From: a virus
Lineage: Duplodnaviria > Caudoviricetes
IMG/VR virus record: IMGVR_UViG_2508501066_000002
Coordinates: 1 to 64,000 of that record
Reading direction: 5' to 3' (one strand)
DNA: 64,000 nucleotides
Of the stretch, positions 9,227 to 17,607 are shown piece after piece. The position numbers and the translations under genes are program-made. Every line of letters starts with the position of its first letter. Within the stretch, counting starts at the first letter, position 1. Below the pieces are notes generated by a model. The model saw only the letters and a program-made list of their open reading frames with translations. It was not told the origin of the DNA and ran no database searches.

Positions 9227-10525
9227 TTGACTACTCCCCTCCCTAAAGGAAGGGGATTCCTAATTCATAGACCGCAGGACGACAACACCGAAATGCTATC
9301 GCCGCTTACGCAGTCTCCAAAGGCTAACACCGCCAGCCCGGCGGCTTTTATATTACACGCCGCGTTAACGTCGCGGTCGTGCTCTGTCTCGCATTCTGGA
9401 CAGGTCCACGACCGCACATCGAGCGGCATCGATTCAGAAACAAACCCGCAGCAATGGCAGCGTTTTGACGAAGGGAAGAATCGGTCAATCTCGACATACA
9501 CTCTACCGGCCCAATTAGCCTTGTATTCGAGTTGCCGGGTGAATTCTCCCCAACTTGCATCAGCGATATGCTTTGCCAATTTCGGGTTTTTAATCATGTT
9601 CTTCACGGCAAGGCTTTCAACACAAATAACTTGGTTCTCGTTAACTAATTTGTGGGACAACTTGTGCAAGTTATCCAACCGGCAATCGGAGATTTTGGCG
9701 TGAATACGGGCCACCTTGAGCTTTGCCTTTTGCCGGTTCTTGCTGCCGAGTTTTTTCTTGGCAAGGCGGCGCTGGTATTTGGCAAGCTTGGCGGCGTATT
9801 TAGCCGTATAGCGGGGATTGCCGGACTTGAAGCCATCGCTGGTGACGAACAAATCCTTGATGCCCACATCGATGCCGACCTTTTTATCATTGACCGGCAG
9901 CAACGTAGGCTCAAATTCGCACAGGCAGGACACGAAGTAGCGCCCGGCCTTATCTTTGGAAACGGTAACGGTGGTCGGATCGCTTGGCAATGGCCGGCTC
10001 CACTTGATATTAAGCGGATTTTTGCACTTGGCAAGCGTCAGTTGTCCGTTTTTGTAATTGAACGCGGTTTGTACAAAAGTCGCGCTCTGTTTATGTTTTT
10101 TGGATTTAAACACCGGGTATTTCGCCCGGCCCTCAAAGAAGTTTTTGAACGCGGCTTGCTGATTTCTCAGGCATTGCTGCAAAGGAACGCTGGATACTTC
10201 ATTGAGAAAAGCAAACTCAGGCTTTTGTTTGATCTCGGTCAGCTTGGCATTGGCGCCAATGTAACTAACCTTCTCCTTGGCCTGATAGTACGCATCCGTT
10301 CGGTATCTCAGGATGTAATTGTAGACAAAGCGCACACAACCAAACGTCTTAGCAAGCAGTTCTGCCTGTTCTTCGTCTGGATAGAATCTGTATTTGTATG
10401 CGCGTTTAACTTTCATGGTTTACATTATATCGCAAAAAATGTAAGTAAATATCATTTAATAATCAGCTCACGCCGATGCGCCTTATATCTCCGGCCTGAA
10501 GGACGAAGTTTTACGACGAATTCTG
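9227..10525 (-). mobile_element. IS200/IS605-family tnpB-only element
   Basis: left end follows TTAT (10529-10526) with subterminal hairpin; right end GGAATCCCCTTCCTTTAGGGAGGGGAGTAGTCAA ending TCAA; no tnpA. Confidence 0.88.
9265..10416 (-). CDS. tnpB: RNA-guided endonuclease TnpB
   Basis: AYKYRFYP HTH, RuvC GIDVG / VESL / DRDVNAA, Zn ribbon CHCC...CPEC. Confidence 0.95.
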   Translation of the reverse strand: MKVKRAYKYRFYPDEEQAELLAKTFGCVRFVYNYILRYRTDAYYQAKEKVSYIGANAKLTEIKQKPEFAFLNEVSSVPLQQCLRNQQAAFKNFFEGRAKYPVFKSKKHKQSATFVQTAFNYKNGQLTLAKCKNPLNIKWSRPLPSDPTTVTVSKDKAGRYFVSCLCEFEPTLLPVNDKKVGIDVGIKDLFVTSDGFKSGNPRYTAKYAAKLAKYQRRLAKKKLGSKNRQKAKLKVARIHAKISDCRLDNLHKLSHKLVNENQVICVESLAVKNMIKNPKLAKHIADASWGEFTRQLEYKANWAGRVYVEIDRFFPSSKRCHCCGFVSESMPLDVRSWTCPECETEHDRDVNAACNIKAAGLAVLAFGDCVSGDSISVLSSCGL

Positions 10526-10568
10526 ATAAAATATATTATATATATTAATTACAGGCGGGACTGGTGAC

Positions 10569-11297
10569 CTAACGCTGATAGGCTTCGATAATATCCTGAA
10601 CCAAATCGTGGCGGACGATATCGGATTTTTCAAACTTAACGACGCCGACCGATTTCAGGTGGCGGATGCGCCCGACGGCATCGGTGAGACCCGAGGGGCC
10701 TTGAATGTCCTTTTGCGACTCGTCGCCGTCGATGATGAGTCTTGCGCCGCGACCGAGACGAGTCAGAAACATCTTCATCTGTTCCGGCGTCGTGTTTTGA
10801 GCTTCGTCTAGGATAACGATTGCATTCTCGAAAGTTTCCCCGCGCATAAACCCAAGCGGAAGTGCCTGGATGCGCTCGCGACCCGGTTTCATCAGGTTTT
10901 CGAGATGGCTTTTGCCGAGGCGTTTGTTGAAGACGTGCCAGAACGGGCCGAGATAGGGCGCGTACTTTTCAATCAAAGTTCCCGGCATTTCGCCCCAGTC
11001 TTCATCCACCGTGGTTTTGGGACGGGTGATGATGATTCTTTCAATGCGTTTCGCCAAGAGTTCGTCGATCGCGAAAACACCGGCGACAAAGGTCTTGCCG
11101 GTGCCGGCAGGTCCCAGGGCGAACGTAATGGCATTGGATTTGAGTGACAGAATGTAATGTCCCTGTGCTTCGGTAAGCGCTTCGAGCGGGCGGGTGTTTT
11201 TATCGATCTGGGTCGGATCGTCGTCTACGTAGGCGGGTTCGCAATGGCAGCGTTTGAAAGATTCTGTGGGATAGGTTCTTGTTTTTTTCTTCGCCAC
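10569..11297 (-). CDS. phoH: PhoH-like ATPase
   Basis: GPAGTGKT, FMRGETF, ILDEAQNTT, FLTRLG, DIVRH. Confidence 0.95.
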   Translation of the reverse strand: MAKKKTRTYPTESFKRCHCEPAYVDDDPTQIDKNTRPLEALTEAQGHYILSLKSNAITFALGPAGTGKTFVAGVFAIDELLAKRIERIIITRPKTTVDEDWGEMPGTLIEKYAPYLGPFWHVFNKRLGKSHLENLMKPGRERIQALPLGFMRGETFENAIVILDEAQNTTPEQMKMFLTRLGRGARLIIDGDESQKDIQGPSGLTDAVGRIRHLKSVGVVKFEKSDIVRHDLVQDIIEAYQR

Positions 11298-11314
11298 GTT
11301 TGGCCTTTCGCTAG

Positions 11315-12301
11315 TTAAATGATCAGAGTTTCGTTTGGCATAATTTCTCGAATCCGCCCATTTACCAACACCAGAGGATTGCCCTCGCTGGCGACTCGCT
11401 GTTTAATTCTGCCCGCATCAAGAACCAAAGGCTTTTGTCCGGTGCCGACTTGAGCGTCGGTAATTTGTCGAATACGACCAGAATCGAGAATCAAGGCGCG
11501 GCGCGAAAGCCCCGAACCAAAAATAAAAATCGTGCGAGACCGCTCGGGTTCAAGCAGATCCCAAGGATTTTGGGTCCATTCGCGTAGTACAGCGTCGAGA
11601 TTGGTGCCTAGCGGCGGAATACCGCGAGCAACGAGCAGAATGTGGTCTGGGCTGTAATGTGCGAGAGTTCCGCGTTTTAGAGTCCCGATAGCCTCATGGA
11701 CAAACGTCCCTGAGCCGGATGCTTGAAGGGTGCCCCCTGTGGCCGTATACGACGTGCCATTTACCCATAGTTTGTTGTCGGCTGATGATGTTGACGACAC
11801 ATACCATGCGCAAGCATATAACTCACCTACCGTGGGGGCCGGGCCGGTCGCAGTATGTAGGGTGGAGTTATCAACGCTCCGGATTTGGGCCATGATCGGC
11901 GTCGTCGTATCCGACCCGTTTGAGATTCGGATATACGCGCTTGATCCAAACATCGCCGATCCTAGCGAATAGATTGTTTTCGGTGTCGCGCTGACAACAG
12001 TAGCCTCAAACACAGCCAGCATCAAATGCGGTCGGTAGCTCGATACGTTGATGCTGCGCGACAGATAGCCCGTGCTACCGTCCCCCTTAACTGCCGTTCC
12101 CGCTTTGCTGATCGATGGATCGATCGCGCCGACTTTGGCCCAACCCATCTGACCGCTAACGAGGTCGACCGGATTGGTGTCGTTCGGCAGGGTCAGGGAC
12201 GACAGATAGCCGGCGAGCGAATGATCCATTCGAATCCGGACAGGGAAATCCGGTTTGAAATCTCGCCGGATCTGCTGACGCTGAAGACGTGCGCCAATCA
12301 T
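11315..12301 (-). CDS. putative virion-associated beta-sandwich (lectin-like) protein
   Basis: S/T/G-rich beta-type sequence, QNPWDLL motif, three C-terminal LxLxxGRI repeats. Confidence 0.5.
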   Translation of the reverse strand: MIGARLQRQQIRRDFKPDFPVRIRMDHSLAGYLSSLTLPNDTNPVDLVSGQMGWAKVGAIDPSISKAGTAVKGDGSTGYLSRSINVSSYRPHLMLAVFEATVVSATPKTIYSLGSAMFGSSAYIRISNGSDTTTPIMAQIRSVDNSTLHTATGPAPTVGELYACAWYVSSTSSADNKLWVNGTSYTATGGTLQASGSGTFVHEAIGTLKRGTLAHYSPDHILLVARGIPPLGTNLDAVLREWTQNPWDLLEPERSRTIFIFGSGLSRRALILDSGRIRQITDAQVGTGQKPLVLDAGRIKQRVASEGNPLVLVNGRIREIMPNETLII

Positions 12302-12307
12302 CAGGTA

Positions 12308-12715
12308 TCAGGTATCAGAGTAATAACGCGGCTTGACGCTCAAGGAGGCCGTGAATCCGCGTAAGACGGCCTTCAACTTGAGCAGGCATTTTTGCGGAAC
12401 GTCCCAGATCATCACCGGGAACTTGCCGGTTTCGCCCGATCCGATTTCGAATGGCACGGTCGCAATTCGATACCCCTTCTGGTAGTCGCCGCCGTCGTGT
12501 TGCTCGGGCTCGCACCAAATCTCACAGATCGCAGACCCGCCCGATGGTCCTGTGGTTACATCGACCTCGCACTCGGCATGATCCGATCCATCGGCATTGC
12601 CGCCCGAAGTGGCATCCCAGGCTACAGGGTCACCTGTGGAAAGTGAGTCGGCGGTGATCGCAGCCGATGCCTGTGCAGTAAATGCGGTTCTGGTTCTCAG
12701 TTTGATGTCGGTCAT
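12308..12715 (-). CDS. putative virion accessory protein
   Basis: coupled ORF with GGAGG RBS in the late operon. Confidence 0.5.
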   Translation of the reverse strand: MTDIKLRTRTAFTAQASAAITADSLSTGDPVAWDATSGGNADGSDHAECEVDVTTGPSGGSAICEIWCEPEQHDGGDYQKGYRIATVPFEIGSGETGKFPVMIWDVPQKCLLKLKAVLRGFTASLSVKPRYYSDT

Positions 12716-13173
12716 TAGACCTCCCCTAGCACTTGTTTAATCTGCTCCAGTTGGACCGCCTCACCCCACAGCTCCTGAGCGCGGGATTTTCGGATCTCCC
12801 CAAGTCTTAATATTGCGTCTCGGGTTTCCGTTGAAAGCACTTCCGCCGCCGTCAGCGCTTCGACTTTTTGCCGCCATTTCGCACGAGTCATGTCGATGAC
12901 GCTGCATTGCTCAAGGTCGAACTTCAAGGCTTTTCCCTCGACGGTGTCGCTGTTCATCAGGTCAATCAGCTTGGCTTTTTCATCGTCCGTTAGGATTTCC
13001 AGGAAATGCCCCTTATCCATTGGGCGCGGCTGCGGCGATACAACCCAGTCATCTACCGACGCAGAGCCTTCGGCGTTGATCAACGCATAAATGACCGACG
13101 CCCCGGCGCCAGCATAACCGAGCGCCGTGGGGTCAGTCTGGATTTCCGTGAGGAGTTCGTTGTTGGGGATCAT
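12715..13173 (-). CDS. putative virion accessory protein
   Basis: LLTEIQTDPTALGY...SRAQELWG; coupled to downstream gene. Confidence 0.5.
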   Translation of the reverse strand: MIPNNELLTEIQTDPTALGYAGAGASVIYALINAEGSASVDDWVVSPQPRPMDKGHFLEILTDDEKAKLIDLMNSDTVEGKALKFDLEQCSVIDMTRAKWRQKVEALTAAEVLSTETRDAILRLGEIRKSRAQELWGEAVQLEQIKQVLGEV

Positions 13174-13198
13174 GCGATAAAACGTCAGTCGTGACTTA

Positions 13199-13711
13199 TT
13201 ACGCCAAGATAACGCCGTCTTCTTTCTCGAAGGAGATTTCGGTTGTGGAAATCGCCTTGCCGAGATATTGCACGACATTGCCCGAACCCGACGGCGAAGT
13301 GTCGGTGACGCCGCCTGCAGTAGTGCTCAGATAGTAGCGGCTGCCGGGGGTGAGCTCCGAGAGTTGCGTATTGGTGCCTTCAAAATAAACCGTCGCATTG
13401 CCGCCACTAGCAACGGCAGCCAACACAAAACCGTCGGCCTCTTTACCGGCAGTGGTGGCATCCGCCTTGCGGACCTTCGATGTGCCGCCGTCATTCCAGA
13501 TGTTGACGAAGTCGCCTGCGGCCAGCGCTTCCGACGCTTGAATGATTTTGGTATCCGCACCGATGCCTACCGGCATGACGGACTGATCGAGTTTTCCGGT
13601 AGGGTCCAGCGCCGGAATCTTGCCGTCATCGGCGGCCCCTGAACTGACGACGGTCGCCTGCACCTCTTGCAAGCGCCCATTGTTGAGAGACAAATATTTT
13701 TTCGCGGCCAT
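13199..13711 (-). CDS. putative decoration/fibre-base protein (beta-tulip-like)
   Basis: ASEALAAGDFV...KADA...GFVLAAVASG..ATV..G pattern. Confidence 0.55.
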   Translation of the reverse strand: MAAKKYLSLNNGRLQEVQATVVSSGAADDGKIPALDPTGKLDQSVMPVGIGADTKIIQASEALAAGDFVNIWNDGGTSKVRKADATTAGKEADGFVLAAVASGGNATVYFEGTNTQLSELTPGSRYYLSTTAGGVTDTSPSGSGNVVQYLGKAISTTEISFEKEDGVILA

Positions 13712-13720
13712 GAATTACCT

Positions 13721-14146
13721 CTATCGAAGAATGGCTTGTTTGATATCAAGGAATAACGTGTTGGAAGATGTCGGAAACCCCACCATCAGCACAAAGCCTG
13801 TTGCGGGGGGTGTTTGGGTCAGTTGACCCTGCGTACCCAAAAATACCGGCTGATTCAGCGCCCAATTCCAGGACGGCTCCGAGATTTCACCGCTGTTTTG
13901 CACGGTAACGAGCGCATCTTGAGCCGCTGCGCCGAGCGTCAGTCCCAACACCTTGTCGACGTGAGTCGGATCGCTCGAATCGGCATAAATCGCTTTCTGC
14001 TGCGCATTCAAAACCACCATACGATGTCCGCCCAGCGCTTCACCGGCGGTGTATTGCAGCGCGCTACCGCCCGCAGGCCCCGGCGGACCTTGCACGCCCG
14101 GCGGTCCCTGAATGCCTCTGACGATGACCTTGATCGCGTTGGTCAT
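13721..14146 (-). CDS. putative decoration/fibre-base protein with short collagen stretch
   Basis: GIQGPPGVQGPPGPAG then AGEALGGHRMV...VLGLTL; paralogous pattern to the adjacent gene. Confidence 0.55.
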   Translation of the reverse strand: MTNAIKVIVRGIQGPPGVQGPPGPAGGSALQYTAGEALGGHRMVVLNAQQKAIYADSSDPTHVDKVLGLTLGAAAQDALVTVQNSGEISEPSWNWALNQPVFLGTQGQLTQTPPATGFVLMVGFPTSSNTLFLDIKQAILR

Positions 14147-14505
14147 TGCGTAACCATGATTTTAGGGATGATCTTGCCTTCGAGAATCGGGAAACTGTCG
14201 CCGTTCGGGGCGATCAGCTTGAGGTCGTAGACAAAATTCTGCCCGGTTTGAAACTTGTTCTTAAGCGACAGCGTGGCCGCGCTGGAAATCAGGATTTCGA
14301 TCGTGCCGAGTGAACCGCCCAGCGTCAGCCCGCCATTTTCCGTGGTCAGCTCTAGTAGTTTTTGTTGATTGGGACGTTTTCGAATTTGAAGCGTCGCGTC
14401 GTATCCGTTCAATTTCACCAACGAGCCGGTTTCGTCATAGCATTCCAACTTCTCGCGAAAAGTCGCGCCGACATACAGCTCGAAGTCGAATTTCCCAGGT
14501 TTCAT
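14143..14505 (-). CDS. BppU-N-like fibre adaptor
   Basis: GATF...LNGYDATLQIR...LTTENGG...YDLKL...ILEGKI. Confidence 0.65.
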   Translation of the reverse strand: MKPGKFDFELYVGATFREKLECYDETGSLVKLNGYDATLQIRKRPNQQKLLELTTENGGLTLGGSLGTIEILISSAATLSLKNKFQTGQNFVYDLKLIAPNGDSFPILEGKIIPKIMVTQ

Positions 14506-14540
14506 GGGGGCGAATTATAACTCAGCGGTGACTTATTGTC

Positions 14541-14578
14541 CAGGCGAAAACACCGGCGTTCAGGCCGGGGTGGTTGAC
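14541..14578 (-). mobile_element. miniature IS200/IS605 end remnant
   Basis: 14553-14578 matches 6466-6491 at 25/26 nt (GTCAACCACCCCGGCCTGAA hairpin). Confidence 0.65.
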
Positions 14579-14925
14579 TGCTTGGTTTGAATATTGAGAG
14601 CCTTTGGAAGATCGATCTCCCAGGTATTCTCCACAGTCCCTTCTTCGATTATCGTGCCAAAGGGCATTCGATGTCGTTTGGCGCGTTTCATGCGCAAACG
14701 ACGAGCGCCGCGTCGATAGAGTTCCGCGAAAATCTTGAGCAGATTTTTTCGCCCAAAGATGCCATTGGCCCCATACAACAACGCGCAGTCGTCGGATTCC
14801 CAAAAGACCGATACCACGCCGTCGTAATCACTGCGTTCCTCGAACGATCCGTCGCCGGCATAAACATAGATTGTGGCCGATTTTTCACAGTAGGCGATGG
14901 TCGACATCAGTGTCTTCTCAGCCAT
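14560..14925 (-). CDS. hypothetical protein
   Basis: ORF overlapping the o-spanin end; its stop codon lies inside the IS remnant. Confidence 0.45.
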   Translation of the reverse strand: MAEKTLMSTIAYCEKSATIYVYAGDGSFEERSDYDGVVSVFWESDDCALLYGANGIFGRKNLLKIFAELYRRGARRLRMKRAKRHRMPFGTIIEEGTVENTWEIDLPKALNIQTKQSTTPA

Positions 14926-15161
14926 TCGATCAGATGATCGTGCTGCGTAGCCAGCTTGTTGTAGCGAACGGCGCAATCGATGTGTTCAGCGATCTCCTGC
15001 GCCTGCGTCATGGGAAACGACAGGCTCGGAAGCGGTTCGCTTTTCTGCATCAGATCGCCCGGCGGCAACTGCCGGGGTTCCTTGAGATACACCTTGTCGG
15101 GCGTCGTTGAGCAGCCCGACAGCGCCAGCAGTAAGATTGCAAGACTCGTTATCCGGCACAT
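14907..15161 (-). CDS. o-spanin (Rz1-like lipoprotein)
   Basis: lipobox LALSGC, Pro-rich, overlaps the i-spanin in another frame. Confidence 0.8.
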   Translation of the reverse strand: MCRITSLAILLLALSGCSTTPDKVYLKEPRQLPPGDLMQKSEPLPSLSFPMTQAQEIAEHIDCAVRYNKLATQHDHLIEWLRRH

Positions 15162-15471
15162 ACTTGACGATTTCCTTGGTGATCGTGGTTTGTTTGGCGT
15201 TCAGGGTATTAAGCGCCGTCTGGTAGGTGCTAATGAGCTGCTGATCGAGCTTTCGAAGTCTTTCCAGTTCGCGAAGCTGTTGGTTAAATTCTTCCTGTTT
15301 CGCGTCGAGTTGCGCCTTCAATTCCTTTTTGCTTTCCTCGACAACATCTTTTCGGCATTGGTTGTAACCCAACAAATAAGCGCTCGCCAAAATCGCCAGC
15401 GCCGCGATCCCGAGCACAATCTTTTGTCCGAGATCCTCGGCAATCTTGCCGCCTAGCAGCGCGGATAGCAT
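14986..15471 (-). CDS. i-spanin (Rz-like)
   Basis: N-terminal TM helix plus coiled coil, next to holin. Confidence 0.8.
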   Translation of the reverse strand: MLSALLGGKIAEDLGQKIVLGIAALAILASAYLLGYNQCRKDVVEESKKELKAQLDAKQEEFNQQLRELERLRKLDQQLISTYQTALNTLNAKQTTITKEIVKYVPDNESCNLTAGAVGLLNDARQGVSQGTPAVAAGRSDAEKRTASEPVVSHDAGAGDR

Positions 15472-15476
15472 CGCGA

Positions 15477-15809
15477 TTACCTCGGTGGGAGATTACCGCT
15501 CGATCTGACGGTATTCATGATCTTGAGACCCCATTCGATGGCACGAACGCCTCCCAATGCCGCAAGCCCGCCAATGAAGAAGATTTGCGCGGTGCTCATG
15601 CCTTGCATGAGTCCAAAGGACCACATGATGACGGCGCCGACAATGGATAGAAGAATTTCGCCGAGAAATCGGCGAGGATCGAAGGGTTCCGAGGACAAGA
15701 GGTTACGCGCGGCAGCACTCAACATAAAAAGTCCTATGATCGTCCACAAGACCTTATCTCTGAAATCGGGCGCGGCACCGACGGCGGCAAACTGAGCTTC
15801 GTCGCTCAT
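15477..15809 (-). CDS. holin
   Basis: 110 aa, three hydrophobic segments, upstream of spanins. Confidence 0.75.
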   Translation of the reverse strand: MSDEAQFAAVGAAPDFRDKVLWTIIGLFMLSAAARNLLSSEPFDPRRFLGEILLSIVGAVIMWSFGLMQGMSTAQIFFIGGLAALGGVRAIEWGLKIMNTVRSSGNLPPR

Positions 15810-15861
15810 TGGAACACCTGTAATTGAAGATATTACATCTTACTCCAAGACAGGCTCAAAT

Positions 15862-16122
15862 TCAAGTCACCGATGACTGATTTCCAGGGAGCAAAATTGA
15901 CGAAGGCAACTCCATTAACGAACCCTGTTCTTCTGAATAATGCTCAATCTCGCCAGTTTGCTTATTTAGCCTGAGATGTCGAGCATCCATAATGCCGCTC
16001 TGCAACGAGTGCTGAACAATATGTGGCCCGCCAGAGTTGACTCGAATCAGATTTTCATCCGACGCCTGCAATATTCCAATACATTCGCCGGTTTCTTCAT
16101 CAAAAAGAGCTATGTGATTCAT
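15862..16122 (-). CDS. hypothetical tail-fibre-associated protein
   Basis: coupled to the fibre-like gene. Confidence 0.45.
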   Translation of the reverse strand: MNHIALFDEETGECIGILQASDENLIRVNSGGPHIVQHSLQSGIMDARHLRLNKQTGEIEHYSEEQGSLMELPSSILLPGNQSSVT

Positions 16123-17114
16123 CGTTTTAAACCCACGAGAGTGATAGCGCGATCATCGGACGATACAGATACTCCCCAATTGGCATCTGAACGAGTTTTC
16201 GCCCATTCAAAATAAACATCATAAGTATAGCCAGCTTCAATTACCAACGGGATCGTGTAGTTAAACGGGTAACGATGGGAATAAAGCTGTGAGCCAACAA
16301 CGGTCAGTTCCATCAGAGTATGAATTCTTTGCAGAAGAATTGTGCTGGTTGTCAAGATATAATAGGGAACATCCGACTCAGAGCTCGCCGCATAATTTGT
16401 CGTCAGAGTAATCTGTGTGTCGGAATCCACAGACTGCACCATGTAGCGAGTGTTGGAGTAGACGAAAAAAACATCGCCTGCCGACACCGTGCTAAGCCAA
16501 TTGGTTCCAGAACCCGTCACTATTGGGGAGTTTTGAGTGACTGTTACGGTGCCCAATTTAACAAATGTGTTGCGAATGATGGATAGTCGCCCCAAAACAG
16601 AAGCGCCTCCCGTTGCGCCAATGGCAGAAATGACGGGTTTAAAATGATTCTGAATATGAATCAACGCATTGGTGTCTACGGTAGATTCCGAGAACAACGA
16701 CATCGAAATTTCCCACACGCCATAATTGACGATGCTTTGCGACACGAAACTCGACGCGCCAAGCATGACGGTTACAGCTTCTTGAGCGATGTCGTCTGTT
16801 TGCGCCGCCGCAGGGGTTGCGAAACCCTGAGTCAAGACCCCGTCGGTTCTGCCGTAAATATTACGAGAGCGAATCCAGTAATAGCGCAATACTCCAACTG
16901 GCGCGTTGACGTGAACGTAGGCGTTGTCCTTGATCTCATCAAGCTTCGTTGCCGTATTAAAGTCATCAACTTCGCTATGCCATATCTCGGTCGAAGCGTG
17001 AGTCGAATCAGCCGGAATGTCCCACTTTAACTGAACGCCTTTAATTGTCGGCGTGAGAACCAATCCGGTCAAAGTCGGCGCCGGGGTCGGGGTAATATCA
17101 AGCTGGGTTGGCAT
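16119..17114 (-). CDS. tail tip/fibre accessory protein
   Basis: FN3-like N-terminus (LKWDIP...YYWIRSRN) and GTVTVTQNSPIVTGSGTNW anchor motif. Confidence 0.65.
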   Translation of the reverse strand: MPTQLDITPTPAPTLTGLVLTPTIKGVQLKWDIPADSTHASTEIWHSEVDDFNTATKLDEIKDNAYVHVNAPVGVLRYYWIRSRNIYGRTDGVLTQGFATPAAAQTDDIAQEAVTVMLGASSFVSQSIVNYGVWEISMSLFSESTVDTNALIHIQNHFKPVISAIGATGGASVLGRLSIIRNTFVKLGTVTVTQNSPIVTGSGTNWLSTVSAGDVFFVYSNTRYMVQSVDSDTQITLTTNYAASSESDVPYYILTTSTILLQRIHTLMELTVVGSQLYSHRYPFNYTIPLVIEAGYTYDVYFEWAKTRSDANWGVSVSSDDRAITLVGLKR

Positions 17115-17607
17115 CGATGATGACCTCGTAATCGGCGTAACTTTGGGTTGAGACGCGAATCGAATATTGACCCGGAACGGTCGTGGTCATTCGAAATTCG
17201 CCATCAGTAACAGTCTGGACAGGCTGCTCGGGTATCCCCTGGTCCTCGGGAACCGTGACCGTAACGTAGGACGGATTGGGCAATCCAGAAATCGACGCAT
17301 AGTCGCTGCCGTCCGCGATGATGGTCGTCTTGTTTAAGATGTATTCGGGCTCTGTCAACACGACGACCGAAGGGCCGGCGATATAGGTCAGATCGGTCGC
17401 GGTATCTCCACTGTAGGGCTCGGTTAGAGTGAGCTGGTTGAAGGCGTCGACGTTCTCGATCAGATAGTGATTGGTCTCTTCGCCAAACAAAATCTTATCG
17501 CCGGGCTCCAATACGCCAGTCCAAATAACGCCGAGCCCCGTAACGACCTTGCTGCCATTCTCGACGCTGACGGTGCCGATGCTGTAATTGCCTCGCATAT
17601 CAGTCAC
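17098..17607 (-). CDS. tail tip accessory protein
   Basis: YSIGTVSVENGSKVVTGLGVIW anchor motif shared with the downstream gene. Confidence 0.6.
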   Translation of the reverse strand: MTDMRGNYSIGTVSVENGSKVVTGLGVIWTGVLEPGDKILFGEETNHYLIENVDAFNQLTLTEPYSGDTATDLTYIAGPSVVVLTEPEYILNKTTIIADGSDYASISGLPNPSYVTVTVPEDQGIPEQPVQTVTDGEFRMTTTVPGQYSIRVSTQSYADYEVIIDANPA

